This document shows positions 50,988-63,297 of a stretch of DNA of 64,000 nt, piece by piece. The stretch comes from Gekko japonicus (Eukaryota). The first letter of the stretch is position 1; the number at the start of each line of letters is the position of its first letter. The translations under genes were made by a program, and so were the position numbers. The stretch is from the NCBI RefSeq assembly GCF_001447785.1, contig NW_015161404.1:2470187-2534186 (forward strand). Direction: 5' to 3'. The notes under the pieces are model-generated. The model made no database searches and had not been told where the DNA came from. It worked only from the letters and a program-made list of their open reading frames with translations.

Positions 50988-52623
50988 AAGCAAGGAAACA
51001 GGAATGAATCCTGATTTTCAAAGGACTTGTGGAACTGCACGTCCAGAAAGCAAAAGAAGAGATGAGAAGGTTGTCAGGCCACAGACAACAACTCCCAGGA
51101 ATAATTAGAACCAGTGACTGGTTCACTGTCATCACGCTGCTACTCTGATGTCACTTCTGGCGAAAGCTGTAGAGTTTTTGGAAAAACCATAGAGTTTTTC
51201 AAATCCTAAAGTGTCCGTGATGCTGACATGTCCCCCCATTTCCTCCTGACAGCCCTTCAGGCACCAGGAGACAACAAAGAGAGTTGCTGCTATAGCAGAA
51301 GACCCGGCAACTCTGAGAACACTCATGTTCTAGTTATAGGTGGCGCTGCTAATAATGCAAACAGGTGCAAGTACTTTTGCAGTGCTTGGAAAGGTCTATG
51401 CTGTTACATGTATCCACATGGAATCCTTAATCATTGCCTTCAAAGGATAATGGTTTCATTTTGGTACATCTCCACTGATACAGTACATGTTTATAGTACA
51501 AGCAGTAAACCTGTAGACTCAGTATGTCGAGTTTATCCTAAATTACTATCAAAGCCTTGACTGAATTCTCAGAAGGAAAAGCAAAATGCTCTAATGATTT
51601 ATCAGCATAAGTAGGAATACAGGTTCATAGTATATTCCTTGCCATGCATATTTTGCTCCTAAAACATGCGGTGTGTGTATGGTATGAAGAGAACAAGTTA
51701 TATCTTAAGACACCAAAATACTGTCATTTAACATGCAGGCAAGAGGTTTAAAAAGAGGATTACAGACCGTCAAGCAGGATATATTAAACAAATCCATGAC
51801 TAACAGGGTGTAACAGCAAAGGGTCTCATTCTATTCAGTTGAATGGTTCCCTAGGGCTGGAGCTATTACTTCACTGTGGCTTTATCACCTTGGAATTTTT
51901 ATGGTTATTTCTGATGAATTCACATTTTTGTAAAGGCTTTTTGACATCAAGCCAATTTTCATTTTTAATTAAATCCTAAACAATCTTAATTCTGACTTTA
52001 AAGGTTTATTGTTTCTTACATTTTATTTTTAAGCCAGGAAATGTTTCAAATACCAAAGCATGAAATGAGCAAGACATATAAAGTTCTCAAAAGTCTTGTA
52101 AGTACAGTATGGCATATAAATGTTATACATTACAACCTCAGAGCATATTTCTAAAGAATCTTTTGATTGATACTACCATTCTTTATCATGTAGCAAAAAT
52201 ATTTCCAATTCTAGTTGATAGATATAAAAATAAATCGATAATGAAGCAGAATGTGTAAACTGTGTATAAGTAAGATATAAAAGTGATATTTTCATTTTGT
52301 TTCTTTGAGATGTGGAGGGATGGAGGCTACAGAACAGTACAGCAGCCCACATGCAAAGCAAAGTACACAGACCAGAATTCCATATATTAAAGCAGTAATT
52401 AATTATTATTTAAAAATTATGCCATGTTGTTTTATGTACTCAGAGAGGAACCTGCAAGTGTGGGATTTTTCACAGTCATTTGGGTGCAAATCTGTTCAAA
52501 CTGACAGTGCATTTGACTGCTGTGAAATACAGAACACACCTATTGTATACCTTTGTATTTGAAGACCATATAATTTTTTCAGCTATATATTTCTTTTGCA
52601 TAATGGAGACCAAGGAATATTAC

Positions 52624-52734
52624 CTTTTTCCTAGCCTGTTGATCTTTGCAGGAATGGGCCTTTACATGCTTCCTTAAAGAACTCGGATCTGTGTATCGTT
52701 TGGTGCATCCAGGAATCTGGCAAGCATAAGGTTT
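52624..52734 (-). CDS. GLIS3: GLIS3 coding exon, zinc finger 5 plus basic tail ([37 protein letters not shown])
   Basis: Acceptor ttcttgtag|AAA, donor AAG|gtaata; 111 nt, phase 0-0; GLI/GLIS ZF5 motif [12 protein letters not shown]. Confidence 0.97.
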
Positions 52735-53834
52735 CTACAAGAACAGAAGGAAAGTTATTATATCAGAGTTTTGTTCTTTTTTAAAAAAAATGGTGCTTCC
52801 CTCTAAATAGTACTAATACAGTGAGCAATGGCACAAGCGAAATGGCTATGTATTTCTTGCATAGCTAGGAAACAGAAGATAAAGCAGTCTGACAAGAAAA
52901 AGAAAGTGAATGATCTGACTTCTACAAACACGTTTTGTATTCCATAGTCTGTATTTTACATGTGACAGTTACAAAACCAGTTGCTTGCTCATCAGCCTCT
53001 GCTGGCAATGGTCTTGGTTGCTTTGATGTCAAGGAACATTTAGACTGTGGGAGTAAGATCAGTGAGAAGGTACTGACCATCAGTGAAGCTTTTACACAGG
53101 AAGCAAAAGTTCTGTTTGGCTAGATGGGAGAGGACCTCAACAGGGGAACATGTGATGGTGCAAAAGAAAAGGGACAGGCAGGAGGGACTGATTTTCATAT
53201 ATGGATCACATATTTGCCATCTCTGCTTGTACTTACAATTATGTAACCCCCACAGAAACCTTTGGAATAGTCAGAAATTACATTTCTCTAGTGGGTCAGG
53301 TAAAGAAGCTGTAGTAAAGTCCCAGACATAGAGATATAGAGGAAACCTGCTTCAGAGAGAATGAAGGGGAAAGGTTAGTCTGTGATATAGCAGGCTAGAA
53401 ATAAAAGCAGAAAGCAAATCTCAAATCTTCAAAAGTATCGGTATATGAGGAGTTTAAAGGTAATGCATATTTATTACCAAGTTCTGACTCTCCATGCAAT
53501 CATTGCAGGTGCACACTGTTAGCAATCAGTTTCTTACACAGAATATGTGGGTGGGTTGGTAAATGCTATGGTCCCCTTCCGTTTCTTTACACTACTGAAA
53601 ACTCTGCAGAGTGCCTTCTATACTGTCTGAGGGTTGCTCCATCAATCAAACTTTTTTCAGGGCAACAACTGCTGTGTTTGAAATAACTGTATGTCATGGC
53701 ATATAAGAGTGCAATGCGAGTGTTCCCACTCTGGATCAGGCACTCCTCTGCTTAGAGGGGGACTGGCCTACTGAGATGCATGGTAGCAGAGCAAGAAGAT
53801 ACGTGGTGGGGAAGGAGCAGGGCTACACTGGCTT

Positions 53835-54127
53835 AGAAGAAGAAGAAGAAGAAGAGATTGGATTTATACCCCACCCTTCACTACCCAAGGGAGTCTCAGA
53901 GCGGCTTACAAACTCCTTTCCCTTCCCCTCCCCACAACAGACACCCTGTGAGGTAGGTGGGGCTCAGAGAACCCTTGACAGAAACTGCTCTTTTTCAAGA
54001 ACAGCTGTGCCAGAGTTATGGCTGGTCCAAGGTCATCCAGCCAGGTGCAAGTGGAGGAGTGGAGAATCAAACCCGGTTCTCCCAGATTAGAGTCCACGCA
54101 CTTAACCACTACACCAAACTGGCTCTC
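53835..54127 (-). mobile_element. Full-length Squam3 SINE
   Basis: gagagccagtttggtgtagtggttaag head and (TTC)n tail. Confidence 0.9.
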
Positions 54128-54368
54128 TGCTGTGTTCATATAGATGTATGACCTAAATCTATAATAACCTTTGCTGTATCAAAGGCTGAATTTCAGAACA
54201 CACTTAATTTAAAAAAGCTATTGTCCAAAAGCCAGTTCCCCAGTTTTCTATTTCTGACATCTTTTTAATTTTTGAAAATGGTCTGTTTGAAAAGCAAATG
54301 ACAAAATAAGGAACAACACCAAAAAAGAGCATTAACAGAAAATCTGAAATCAGGCTTTTTTTTCTTAC

Positions 54369-54530
54369 CGTATCCAGGTGCGTCCTCTGGTGCTTGGCTC
54401 GATCACTGGAATTGCTGAATGCTTTTTGACAGCCTGGTTGCTGGCAAAGGTAAGGCTTTTCTCCAGTGTGGCTCCTTAAGTGAATCTTGAGATTTTCTAG
54501 TCTAGAAAAGGCCTTCTTGCAGCCTTCAAA
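54369..54530 (-). CDS. GLIS3: GLIS3 coding exon, C2H2 zinc fingers 3-4 ([54 protein letters not shown])
   Basis: Hand translation; acceptor ttgtttcacag|TTT and donor ACG|gtaaga; 162 nt, phase 0-0; near-identical to the remembered vertebrate GLIS3 finger region. Confidence 0.97.
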
Positions 54531-54631
54531 CTGTGAAACAAAACAACATTTCTAAGATAGAAGTAAGAGAACAAAACACTTGCTGGTTTTATACACTTGT
54601 TGCCTATGAATTCAGGTAAGCTGTCTAATTT

Positions 54632-54805
54632 GGGTAGCTGTGTTGGTCTGGAGCAATAGAACAAAGTTTGAGTCCAGTGGCACCTTTAAAACCAACAAAA
54701 GCTTAATTTTAGGTATATAGCATCTGATATCTGTCAAAGTGTGTATGCACCTGAAAGCTTATACCCAGAATTAAACTTTGTTGGTCTTAAAGGTGCCACT
54801 GGACT
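54632..54805. mobile_element. Penelope-like inverted-repeat insertion
   Basis: Arms near 54671-54720 and 54757-54805; TSD-like TGTCTAATTT/TGCCTAATTT; decayed hammerhead. Confidence 0.7.
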
Positions 54806-55371
54806 TGCCTAATTTAAAGTAAGACTATCTTTCTGTATGGGATGTAGAATGGTATAGTATAGCCTGGTCTTGTCAATGAAACGGACCAGCCCTCAGTGTC
54901 CACAAGGAGACACTGTAGGAAATCCGCTAAGAAAAAGAATTAAGGAATTATAAACCCATTTCAATGTTATTCTAAATAAACACAAGCTCTAGTCTCAGAT
55001 CCTCAAAGTCTTTGCCTTATGACCCCCTACAGGGCTTGCAGTAAAAAATCTGGGCCAGATGGTGCACATTATTTAATACAGTGAATCTGTTCTGAAAGCA
55101 GTTACTGACAACTTTCAGTAACAATGGCAGACACTTAGATCCAGTTGTTATTCTAGTCTCCTGTCTCCATCCCCTCACAATCAGTGCTCAATCTTATATT
55201 CAATATTTTAATTTTATTTTTTATTCTTATTATTTCTGATCTTGTATTGAAATAAACTTTTAGCTTGATTCTAGTGCCTCACTGTTTAGTTCAGTTCCAT
55301 GAGCATGACAAGAGAATGACCCAGTAGATTTGTAACATATAATATGCAGTCCAACAGGAAAAGTCAGTTCT

Positions 55372-55556
55372 GCTGAGCAGGGCCATCCAGGTTGGTGGGC
55401 CTGAGAGAGCTCTGAGGGAACTGCTCTTGAGAGAACAGCTCAGAAAGAATTTGTGACTGACCCAAGGTCGCACCAGCAGCTGCATGTGGAGTGGTGGGGA
55501 ATCAAACCCAGTTCTCCCAGATTAGAGTCCACGCTCTTAACCACTACACCAAACTA
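55372..55556 (-). mobile_element. Squam3 SINE fragment
   Basis: gttctcccagattagagtcc...accactacaccaaact. Confidence 0.85.
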
Positions 55557-55629
55557 CCGCTCTAGAATGACCCAGTAGGAAGTCTCACTTGCAAAGTAAC
55601 CACAGAGAGGTGCAAATTAGCTTGTCACT

Positions 55630-56075
55630 GGCCCCGGTCACACTGGGGGAAAAGGTGTGGCTGAAGTGTGGCTTTTTTGAGTCGCATCAAAAAAGACGTG
55701 CAGCGGCGGGATCAGACAGATCCCCCGAGCCTCCGCGCAGTTGCTCCCCGGCATGATCAGATGCCAGGGGTGGGAAGCCACAGATTGGTGAGCGAGGCAG
55801 CCCACTGCGCATGTGCACACATGTGCAGTTTGGCCAGGGAGCTCACATGCTGCCGGAGACAGGTGCGCCGGCGATCCCACAGCCGCCCCTGCTGCGGATT
55901 TCCAGGTAAGTAGTAGTGTTTTGTAGGGGTTTTTTTTGATCCGCATCTTTGGCCAGAAGAGATGCATCGGGGACGGGTGCGTGCCGCTTCCCAGATGTTG
56001 CGGTGTGATCGTGCCCGCTTGCTGCGCCCCAGTCCATCGCTCTCGCAGATCAAAGCCTCCCATGTGACCGGGGCC
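55630..56075. mobile_element. MITE with perfect 13-bp TIR GGCCCCGGTCACA (PIF/Harbinger-like)
   Basis: TIRs at 55630-55642 and 56063-56075; flanks act/tct; CpG-rich with a central palindrome. Confidence 0.75.
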
Positions 56076-57875
56076 TCTATTCTCCTTAGAACTTCAAGTG
56101 GCATGTGAGAGGGTATCTTTTAAACAAAGATGGAGCTTTTTTACCCTCCCCCCATCTACCTTTCCAGCTCCAGTGCTTTTAGCATTTCCCCCTAGCTTTG
56201 TTCCAATATTAAAGATCAGATGGGCTGGATAAAATGCATAAAGTGATCTGATTTTGCATGGAAACAAACTGTAGTTTACATGAATGGAAGGAATAGGCTG
56301 TCTTTTCTACCTATCAGGCTAAGTACTAATGGACAAAGGAGTTGTATCAGGGACAAAGTGCAACCACTTTGTGATTTTTAATGAAATTACAGACATCGAG
56401 AGATCTGGATCTGTCCCATATATAGAAATGGTTTCATCCTCATTACTGATCTCTCATAATCGTATCCAAGTTGGCTGGCACTGTCTTCTTATTACTGAGA
56501 GATGGGTAAGCTGTGGCCTCTATTCATTTGTTCCCTCCTGTTTATAGTGCTAGGATGGTGGGGCAAGAGCATTTGCTTTTTAAAACGAGGACAAGGCATT
56601 CAGTTCTCAATAGCAGAATGATGTTTCACAGGATGAAGTTCTTCTAAACTATATATAATATGCATGATTGTCTTTGCTAATGGGATTTCAGTCTTAATTA
56701 ATTTATTCCTACAACAGCTAATGGGATTTCAATCTTAATTAATTTATTCCTACAACAGCTAAAATGAGACAAAGCAACAAGTAACCAAGTTGGTTTTGGT
56801 CACCTCTTCAAATGGAAATGTTCATAACTTCTGAGGTATTGAGTATGGTTTTGAAAGGGGATGTAACACCTTTACTACAATTAGTCACTTTAATTCATGC
56901 CAAACTTTTGGCATTTTAAAACCTTATAACACTCCTAGAAGCAAAGCTGATTCATCCAGATTTTCTGGAAGTATTAAAATGTTGTGGATTTAATGAAAAA
57001 GAAAAGAAAAGAACTCTGCAGTGTTTTTCTAAGTGGTAATAAAGGAACCCTAGTTACTTTGTTTCTGTTTGTAGCATAACATGCAAACTGAAACCATTAA
57101 CTAACTAATAAAAGACAATTTCTTGGCTCATGGTTCTTCTTGGTTTTGAACTAGTGTTCTTCTTAATAAAAATCCAAAAGAATGCCAATATATTTACATT
57201 TAGAATGATTCTTCCTTGTAAAGAGTGTGTACAGCAGTCTAAATGCGAGGTTTAGAAATACAAAGGCATTATAAACAAGCAAAACGTGTATTATTGTGTT
57301 AATTTCATGCACAAAGGGGTTTATATTATATATGCTTCATCTCACTGAGGGACAAACTACATGTTATGCTCAGGCTTGGGTAATTGTTTTTTTATTCCAA
57401 TGATTTCTGTTTATGAAAGGAGTAGCATTTTGAATATTAAATTAGCCCCTCCCCCAGTTTTTTCCTCCAAGGGAGAAAAGATGTGAAGTGTTCACACAGA
57501 AAGCAACTGATCAAATTTGATTCAGACACACCTTGTTTTTTACCTTAGCAGGGGAACCAATCTGAATGAAATCTGATTTGATTTTCAGATGGAAATTGAC
57601 TGGGCCAAATCTGGCTGTTTTTCTGGTGCCACCACAATAGCAATAGTTGCACTCGACTTTCAGTTTCTCTTTCACTATATATATATACACACACACATAC
57701 ATTTTGTGAGGGCAGTGACTCCACAGACATGTTCTCATCAGATAGCCTATCCAACCAGAACATTCACTCTATGTTAACAGTACACATCATCATCCACACT
57801 TGGTGTGTTTTTGCCAAACATTTCCCCCATTCATATTGCTGGCTCACTGGCTTGGGGAAAGCTCTCATTCTGTAT

Positions 57876-58529
57876 TAGAGTTGCCAGCTCCCAGGTCCAG
57901 GTGGGGTTCCCCCGCTTTTGGGGGCTCCAATCTGCCCCTGGTCATCTGGCTGGTGGGGAAGCCCCACCCCAAATCCCACCCCCAAGAGTGACCACTCCCT
58001 CATCCCTCTCCGTCCCCTCCTACCCAATTTAAAGGGCTTCAGCTGATTGGCAGGGACCACATGGCCCGCCGATCAGCTGGAGGGCCCTTTAAATTGGGCA
58101 GGAGTGAAGGGGGAGGGGTGGTCATGGGCCACTCATGTGGCTCACAAAAAGACCCTTTAAAAGGTCTTTTGTGAGTGGGGTGGGAGCTGCGGCACTGGGA
58201 GAAATCAGTCCTGCATGCAGCTGAGCATGCAGCCCATGACTGCCCCTCTCCCTCCCTCCTGCTAGATTTAAAGGGCCCTCCAGCTGGTCGGCAGGCCACA
58301 TGGTTCCTGTCGATCAGCTGAAGCCCTTTAAATTGGGCAGGAAAGGAGGGAGGGGGTGGCCAGGTGGGTGGTCGGGCTTTGGGGCGGGGCTTGGAAAATT
58401 CCTGGTCATCCCTGGAAAGCTCCCCAAATACTNNNNNNNNNNNNNNNNNNNNNNNNNNNTCCTGCTCATCCCTGGAATGCTCCCCAAATCCCCCCCCCGC
58501 CAGAGTAATGAAGGGACCTGGCAACCCTA
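57876..58529. mobile_element. hAT MITE (TAGGGTTGCCA family) with internal repeats
   Basis: TIRs; TSD TTCTGTAT/TTCTGTAC; N gap at 58433-58459. Confidence 0.85.
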
Positions 58530-58921
58530 TTCTGTACCCAGTGTTGTTCTTTGCCTGAACTGCTGCTGCTATCAGACATTAGCTTGCTTGAAGGAACAAC
58601 AGGCATGGACAGAAGAACAGGTTCCCACATTGACCAGTTCCCTACTAAGTATGGCATATTTTAAGAGAAGTAACAGTTTATCTTGTGTCAGCTGTAAAAC
58701 AGAAAGGAGAAGCCAAAGAGCTATTGACCAATCTGTGCTCCATTTTCACAATAGACAGCCCCACTTCGTTTTGCAGATGAGGTGCTGAGGCTTCTACCCT
58801 GTCTTCACAAAAGAAACACACATATATCAGAAAAGGTAAGAGAAGGATCAGATCTCTAGGTGTCAGAGACCCTGTCATTTCAAGACAGCCCTGGTGGCAC
58901 AAGATTATGCACAAATCCTGC

Positions 58922-59107
58922 TATTGCCAGCTTCAAGTTTGGGGGGTGGAGGATGGGGAGGGCAGGGTTTGGTGAGAAGAAGGACCAGCTCCATAGAATC
59001 CACCTTCCAAAGTGGCCATTTTATCCTGGTGAACTGATCTCTGATGCCTGGAGATCAATTGTAATCCAAGGAGATCTCCAGCCACCCCCTGTAGGGTGAC
59101 AACCCTA
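58922..59107. mobile_element. Decayed hAT MITE
   Basis: Similar to 60540-60765; ends gtgacaacccta. Confidence 0.7.
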
Positions 59108-60179
59108 AAAGTCCATCTATTAATGTATGAACATCTGAGTGAAGGGTGGTAAAGCCTGTAGGCCACTGCAACATATCTCACTGTACTCTACTGTTTAAGG
59201 CATTTAATTCTTCCCAAGCAAGCCCACAAGCTGCTCAGTGGCTACTGGGAGAAGAAAATTAGGCCTGGGAGGAAAGAGACATGCTGAAATGAATAAACCT
59301 AGCACAGGGCACCCCTTGCCAGTTCTATTAAAAATAGTCCCCAAAATATGCCTACATCAGGGTCCTATCAGTGAGAAAGGGCAGAGGAAAAAAACTAACC
59401 ATGCATCATTGTATGCCTGTTCTGCCGGGGGAAATTTTAATGGCCTGCAAAATGAGGATTCTCCTCTCCCGTCAGTAGAATTTTGGTGCTCATTAAGGGG
59501 AGATCATGCTACCTGCAATTCTTCTGATACATATGGTCACCATACTGTGTGAATAAGGCAACACACATATTTGTCTTCTTCAGCAAACACAATTAGAAAT
59601 CCAGTTTTTTAATGAGCATGCATGCATCCACATATGACAAAGCAGGAAAATATGCAAGTTGCTTTATTTACACAAAATGGCAACTGTGCATATTGCAAGG
59701 AACATGGGTACCATGATCTCTGCTTAGCACCTGGGTTGAGTACCAAAATTGTAACAACTAAAAATAGATTATGTCTGACATTTGACAGAGAGCATCCTTT
59801 GGGTAAAGGCAACAATCCCTCTGTTTCATCCCTATTAAAAAGGAGAAACATTAGACCAAGAAGTGTGTTACGTCTTTCATTGCCTCTGGAAGAGGTATGA
59901 TTTCTTCTGTCAACCTGGAATTGGGAAGCAAGAAGACTCCTTGGGTTACAATCCTTGAGTCTGTCATTTCAATTGATTGGGCAACAAACCAGTTACAGGT
60001 GAGAATGTGTTTTCCATTGAAACCAATGTAAACATAATCATATTATAACAACAATGCCAAACATATGACATAACAATATTAAAGAATCCAAACAAAACAA
60101 ACAACCCTGCCAAGCACATAAAATATAGAACATAAAGCAGAACTCACAATAAGAACACGGGAGAACATGAAAAGGGTCC

Positions 60180-61190
60180 AGCTATACCAAACCAGTATCC
60201 CTTCCTCCACAGTGGTTAGCAAGTGCTAAATAAGGCCCACAAGAGAAGGCCACAGACACCAAAACACCTCTTAACCTGCTTCACTTGTTGAGTCCCAGAA
60301 ACCAGTATTCAGAGGTATAATATTATCCACCGTGTGAAGAAGCATCTCCTTTTCTCTCTCCTGAATCCACTACTATCAGCTTCATTGAATGCCCTCAATT
60401 GTCATATTTGGGATGAAGGAGACACAGTTCTTTCTCCAGTTCCTCTAAAATATACTTTATTTTATAAACATTAGTCACCTTTCTCTAAAGTGGGAAGTCC
60501 TGAACTCCTTAACCTTTACTTGTAAGGAACGTGTTCCAAGAGAGTTGCCAGCTTCAGGTTGAGTAATACGTGGAGATTTTTTTTGGGGGGGTGGAGCCTG
60601 AGGAGGGTGGGGTTTGGGGGAGGGGAAGGACTTAAATGGGGTATAACTCCATAGCGTCCACCCTCCAAAGTGGCCGTTGTCTCCAGGTGAACTGATCACT
60701 GATGCCTGGCGATCAGTTGTAATCCCAGGAGATCTCCAGCTACCACCTGGAGGGTGGCAACCCTATGTTCCAACTAGTTGAATATTTTCATTGTGCCCTT
60801 CTGCAACTTTTTTCTAGCTCTGTGATATCCTTTTGGAAATGGGGCAGCCAGAACTGCACACAGTATTTGAAACGTGGCCACACCAGGTCTATACAAGGGC
60901 ATTATAATACTAGCTATTACAGTATCATTCCCTTCCCTAAAAATGCCTGGTAGACAATTTGGCCTTTTCACTGCTGCTACATGCACACTGGACCAACATT
61001 TTCATTGAGCTACCCACCGCAACTCCAAGATCTCCTTCCTTGTCAGTCACTGCTAGTTTAGACTCCATCAGAGTGTATATAAAAATCAGGATTTTTTACA
61101 CTGGTGTGCATCATTTTATACTTATTTACTCTGAACCTGATTTGCCTCACTTTTGTACATTGACCCTGCTTAGAGAGCTTCTTGGAGCCA
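60180..61190 (-). mobile_element. Old CR1 3' region interrupted by a MITE
   Basis: IIMPLY..., ccagaactgcacacagtatt CR1 motifs. Confidence 0.75.
60540..60765. mobile_element. hAT MITE
   Basis: gagagttgcca ... tggcaacccta; perfect 8-bp TSD TGTTCCAA. Confidence 0.9.
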
Positions 61191-61200
61191 GTTCTCCGAC

Positions 61201-61370
61201 AAACCAAACAAGCCGTAAATGGTACAGAATCCGGCAAACCAAACAAGCCGTAAGTGGTACAGAATCCAGCAAACCAAACAAGCCGTAAGTGGTACAGAAT
61301 GCAAGGGTACAGTGGTACAGAATCAGGCAAACCAAACAAGCCGTAAGTGGTACAGAATGCAAGGGTATGG
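61201..61370. repeat. Minisatellite, ~35-bp unit AAACCAAACAAGCCGTAAGTGGTACAGAATCCRGC, about 4 copies
   Basis: Units start at 61201, 61236, 61271 and 61329. Confidence 0.9.
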
Positions 61371-61971
61371 CAAATTCCAAAAACAAAAAATTGCATAATA
61401 CCTTTTACCTGGACCAAAAAACATATCATAAAACCATGTGCTTGTTTTCATGTTCTCTAAAACTCTTTATCAGGCTGGTTGTTCACTACAAACCTCCCCC
61501 CCCCAAATTTTCAAAATGCACCAAGTTGCTGAGGAAAAGAGACCAAAAAAATAACCTTTACACTCTCCCTTTGTGAATATGAAATGTAGCCATTAGTCAA
61601 ATCTCTATCACTAAATAAGACACATGGGCCCCTTGCAAGGCAGAGAGGAAAAGAAAAAAATGTATGATATCAAGAAACTTGGACATTAAATTGTTGCACA
61701 AGGTAAAGATTAATAGAGTCAAACTAGGTAATACTACTGATGGAGAGGAAGCACCCCCATAAGCCTTTCTGAAGCATCCTTCTGGTAAATGGCTAAATTT
61801 GGAATTTCCTGAAATAGATAAAGGTTGCAAATAGAACTTTGTTTGTCTTGGCCCACAAACAAATTTCAAAATCCTTCTTTAGAACTAATCAGACTATCAC
61901 ACACTGGAACCATCCTCAGATTAGAGGATGGAGAAATTTGCACTGGCTGCCAAAAACACAAGGCTGAACAT

Positions 61972-62330
61972 GTTAATCAGGATATCTAGATATTATCTGG
62001 CACTTCTTTATTGATTGTAAGAAGCAAGAACTCGCTAGAGATAAATGGATCACAGTATATATTCAGAAGTGGGGATGTGTCTCAAAACAAGAAGCAGTTA
62101 CAAAGCTTCTGGCTGATACTGACCCAAGCATAACTCTTGCTGCGGCAAAATTTTATCAGTGGTTTTTAATTACTTTTATCCGTAATGGTATATTTTATTC
62201 CTTGTTCTTTGTATTTCTGGTTGCTTGGTTATTGTCTATATTTTTAATTGTATTATTTTGTATCATATAGACTATTGAACTTGTTTGCTTATGACCTATT
62301 GGTCTGTGAGCATGAAGTATAGAATAAAGG
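61972..62330 (+). mobile_element. RTE-X-like LINE 3' fragment
   Basis: 18-bp TSD AAACACAAGGCTGAACAT; HFFIDC...LLADTDPSITLAAAKF; ends aataaagg. Confidence 0.7.
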
Positions 62331-62354
62331 AAACACAAGGCTGAACATATTAAC

Positions 62355-62515
62355 TGTAAAGTTTGAGTCTAATGGCACTTTTAAGACCTACAAAGTTTCA
62401 TTCAAGGAATAAGCGTTCGTATGCATGCATACTTCTTCAGATACTTCAGTCTGCATCTGACTTAAACTTTTTTGTCTGCTGCTTCAGACCAACATGGCTA
62501 CCCGCCAGAATCTAT
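62355..62515. mobile_element. Penelope-like inverted fragment with hammerhead relic
   Basis: Minus strand CTGAAGAAGTATGCATGCATACGAAC at 62415-62440. Confidence 0.65.
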
Positions 62516-62944
62516 GTTGACAAAGTATTAGTCTATACAAGGCATGAGGTCTCAAAATAAAATTGAGAGGAAGAACTCATATGAAAAGGGGGTTTTTTCA
62601 TTGCCTACCCTTGTTATTATTTCATACTATACAGTGAACTTTGAGTCCACATAAATGATTGAGTCTAGGAAAAGGGGGAAAAAATCTGCTCTGTTTTCAG
62701 AAACTTTCAATTAAGTATTGGAGCTGGTCCTTGGCTCAGACCTCAGTGATGAATAAATACTTAGCTTTGATGCAGAATCTTTTATCGCTGTGTAAAATAG
62801 TGATCTCCTTCACAGGGTTTTGAGTTTGAATGAAAAAAGAACTGTCAAGAACTTTATATATAAAGTTATTTTATTCTACAGCATAGTTATATTTTAAATC
62901 CAATACAGAACATTTTATAAAATAAGAATGTTCACAGTCGTATT

Positions 62945-63297
62945 TGATTCTTCCACCAGGCTTTCGATTAGGAGCTGCCACTAACGAATGTGTCCTAGAA
63001 CATCTTCTGGCCTGGGACCCTGTTGGATGCTATTTTTACCATTGGGCTGATTAGGAACACCGCCGTCATCTGACCCTGTTGGATGCTGTCTTTATCATTG
63101 GGTTGATTTGGAATACCGCCATCATTAGCTTGTCTTTTTTATCTGTAAATTGATGTTGTTTAATTTTGTATTGTATTTTTAACTCTTTTGACTCTGTATT
63201 ATTCTGTGATATTTTAATCCTGTTAGCCACCTTGAGCCAGCGTGTCCGGCAAGGCAGGATACAAATAGAAACAATAAAATAAATAGATAAATAAATA
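62945..63297 (+). mobile_element. L2-like LINE 3' end with an internal ~56-bp duplication
   Basis: tgttagccaccttgag hairpin, (TAAA)n tail, two gaccctgttggatgct units. Confidence 0.75.

Noticed and set aside
54369-54530. Alternative assignment to GLIS1 or GLI genes
   Set aside because: The downstream exons (LRSSTEL, SPGHNVQGSPHNP, SPHHISPRR) are GLIS3-like
61201-61370. Repeat array resembling CRISPR
   Set aside because: No unique spacers, vertebrate context and no cas genes; it is a minisatellite
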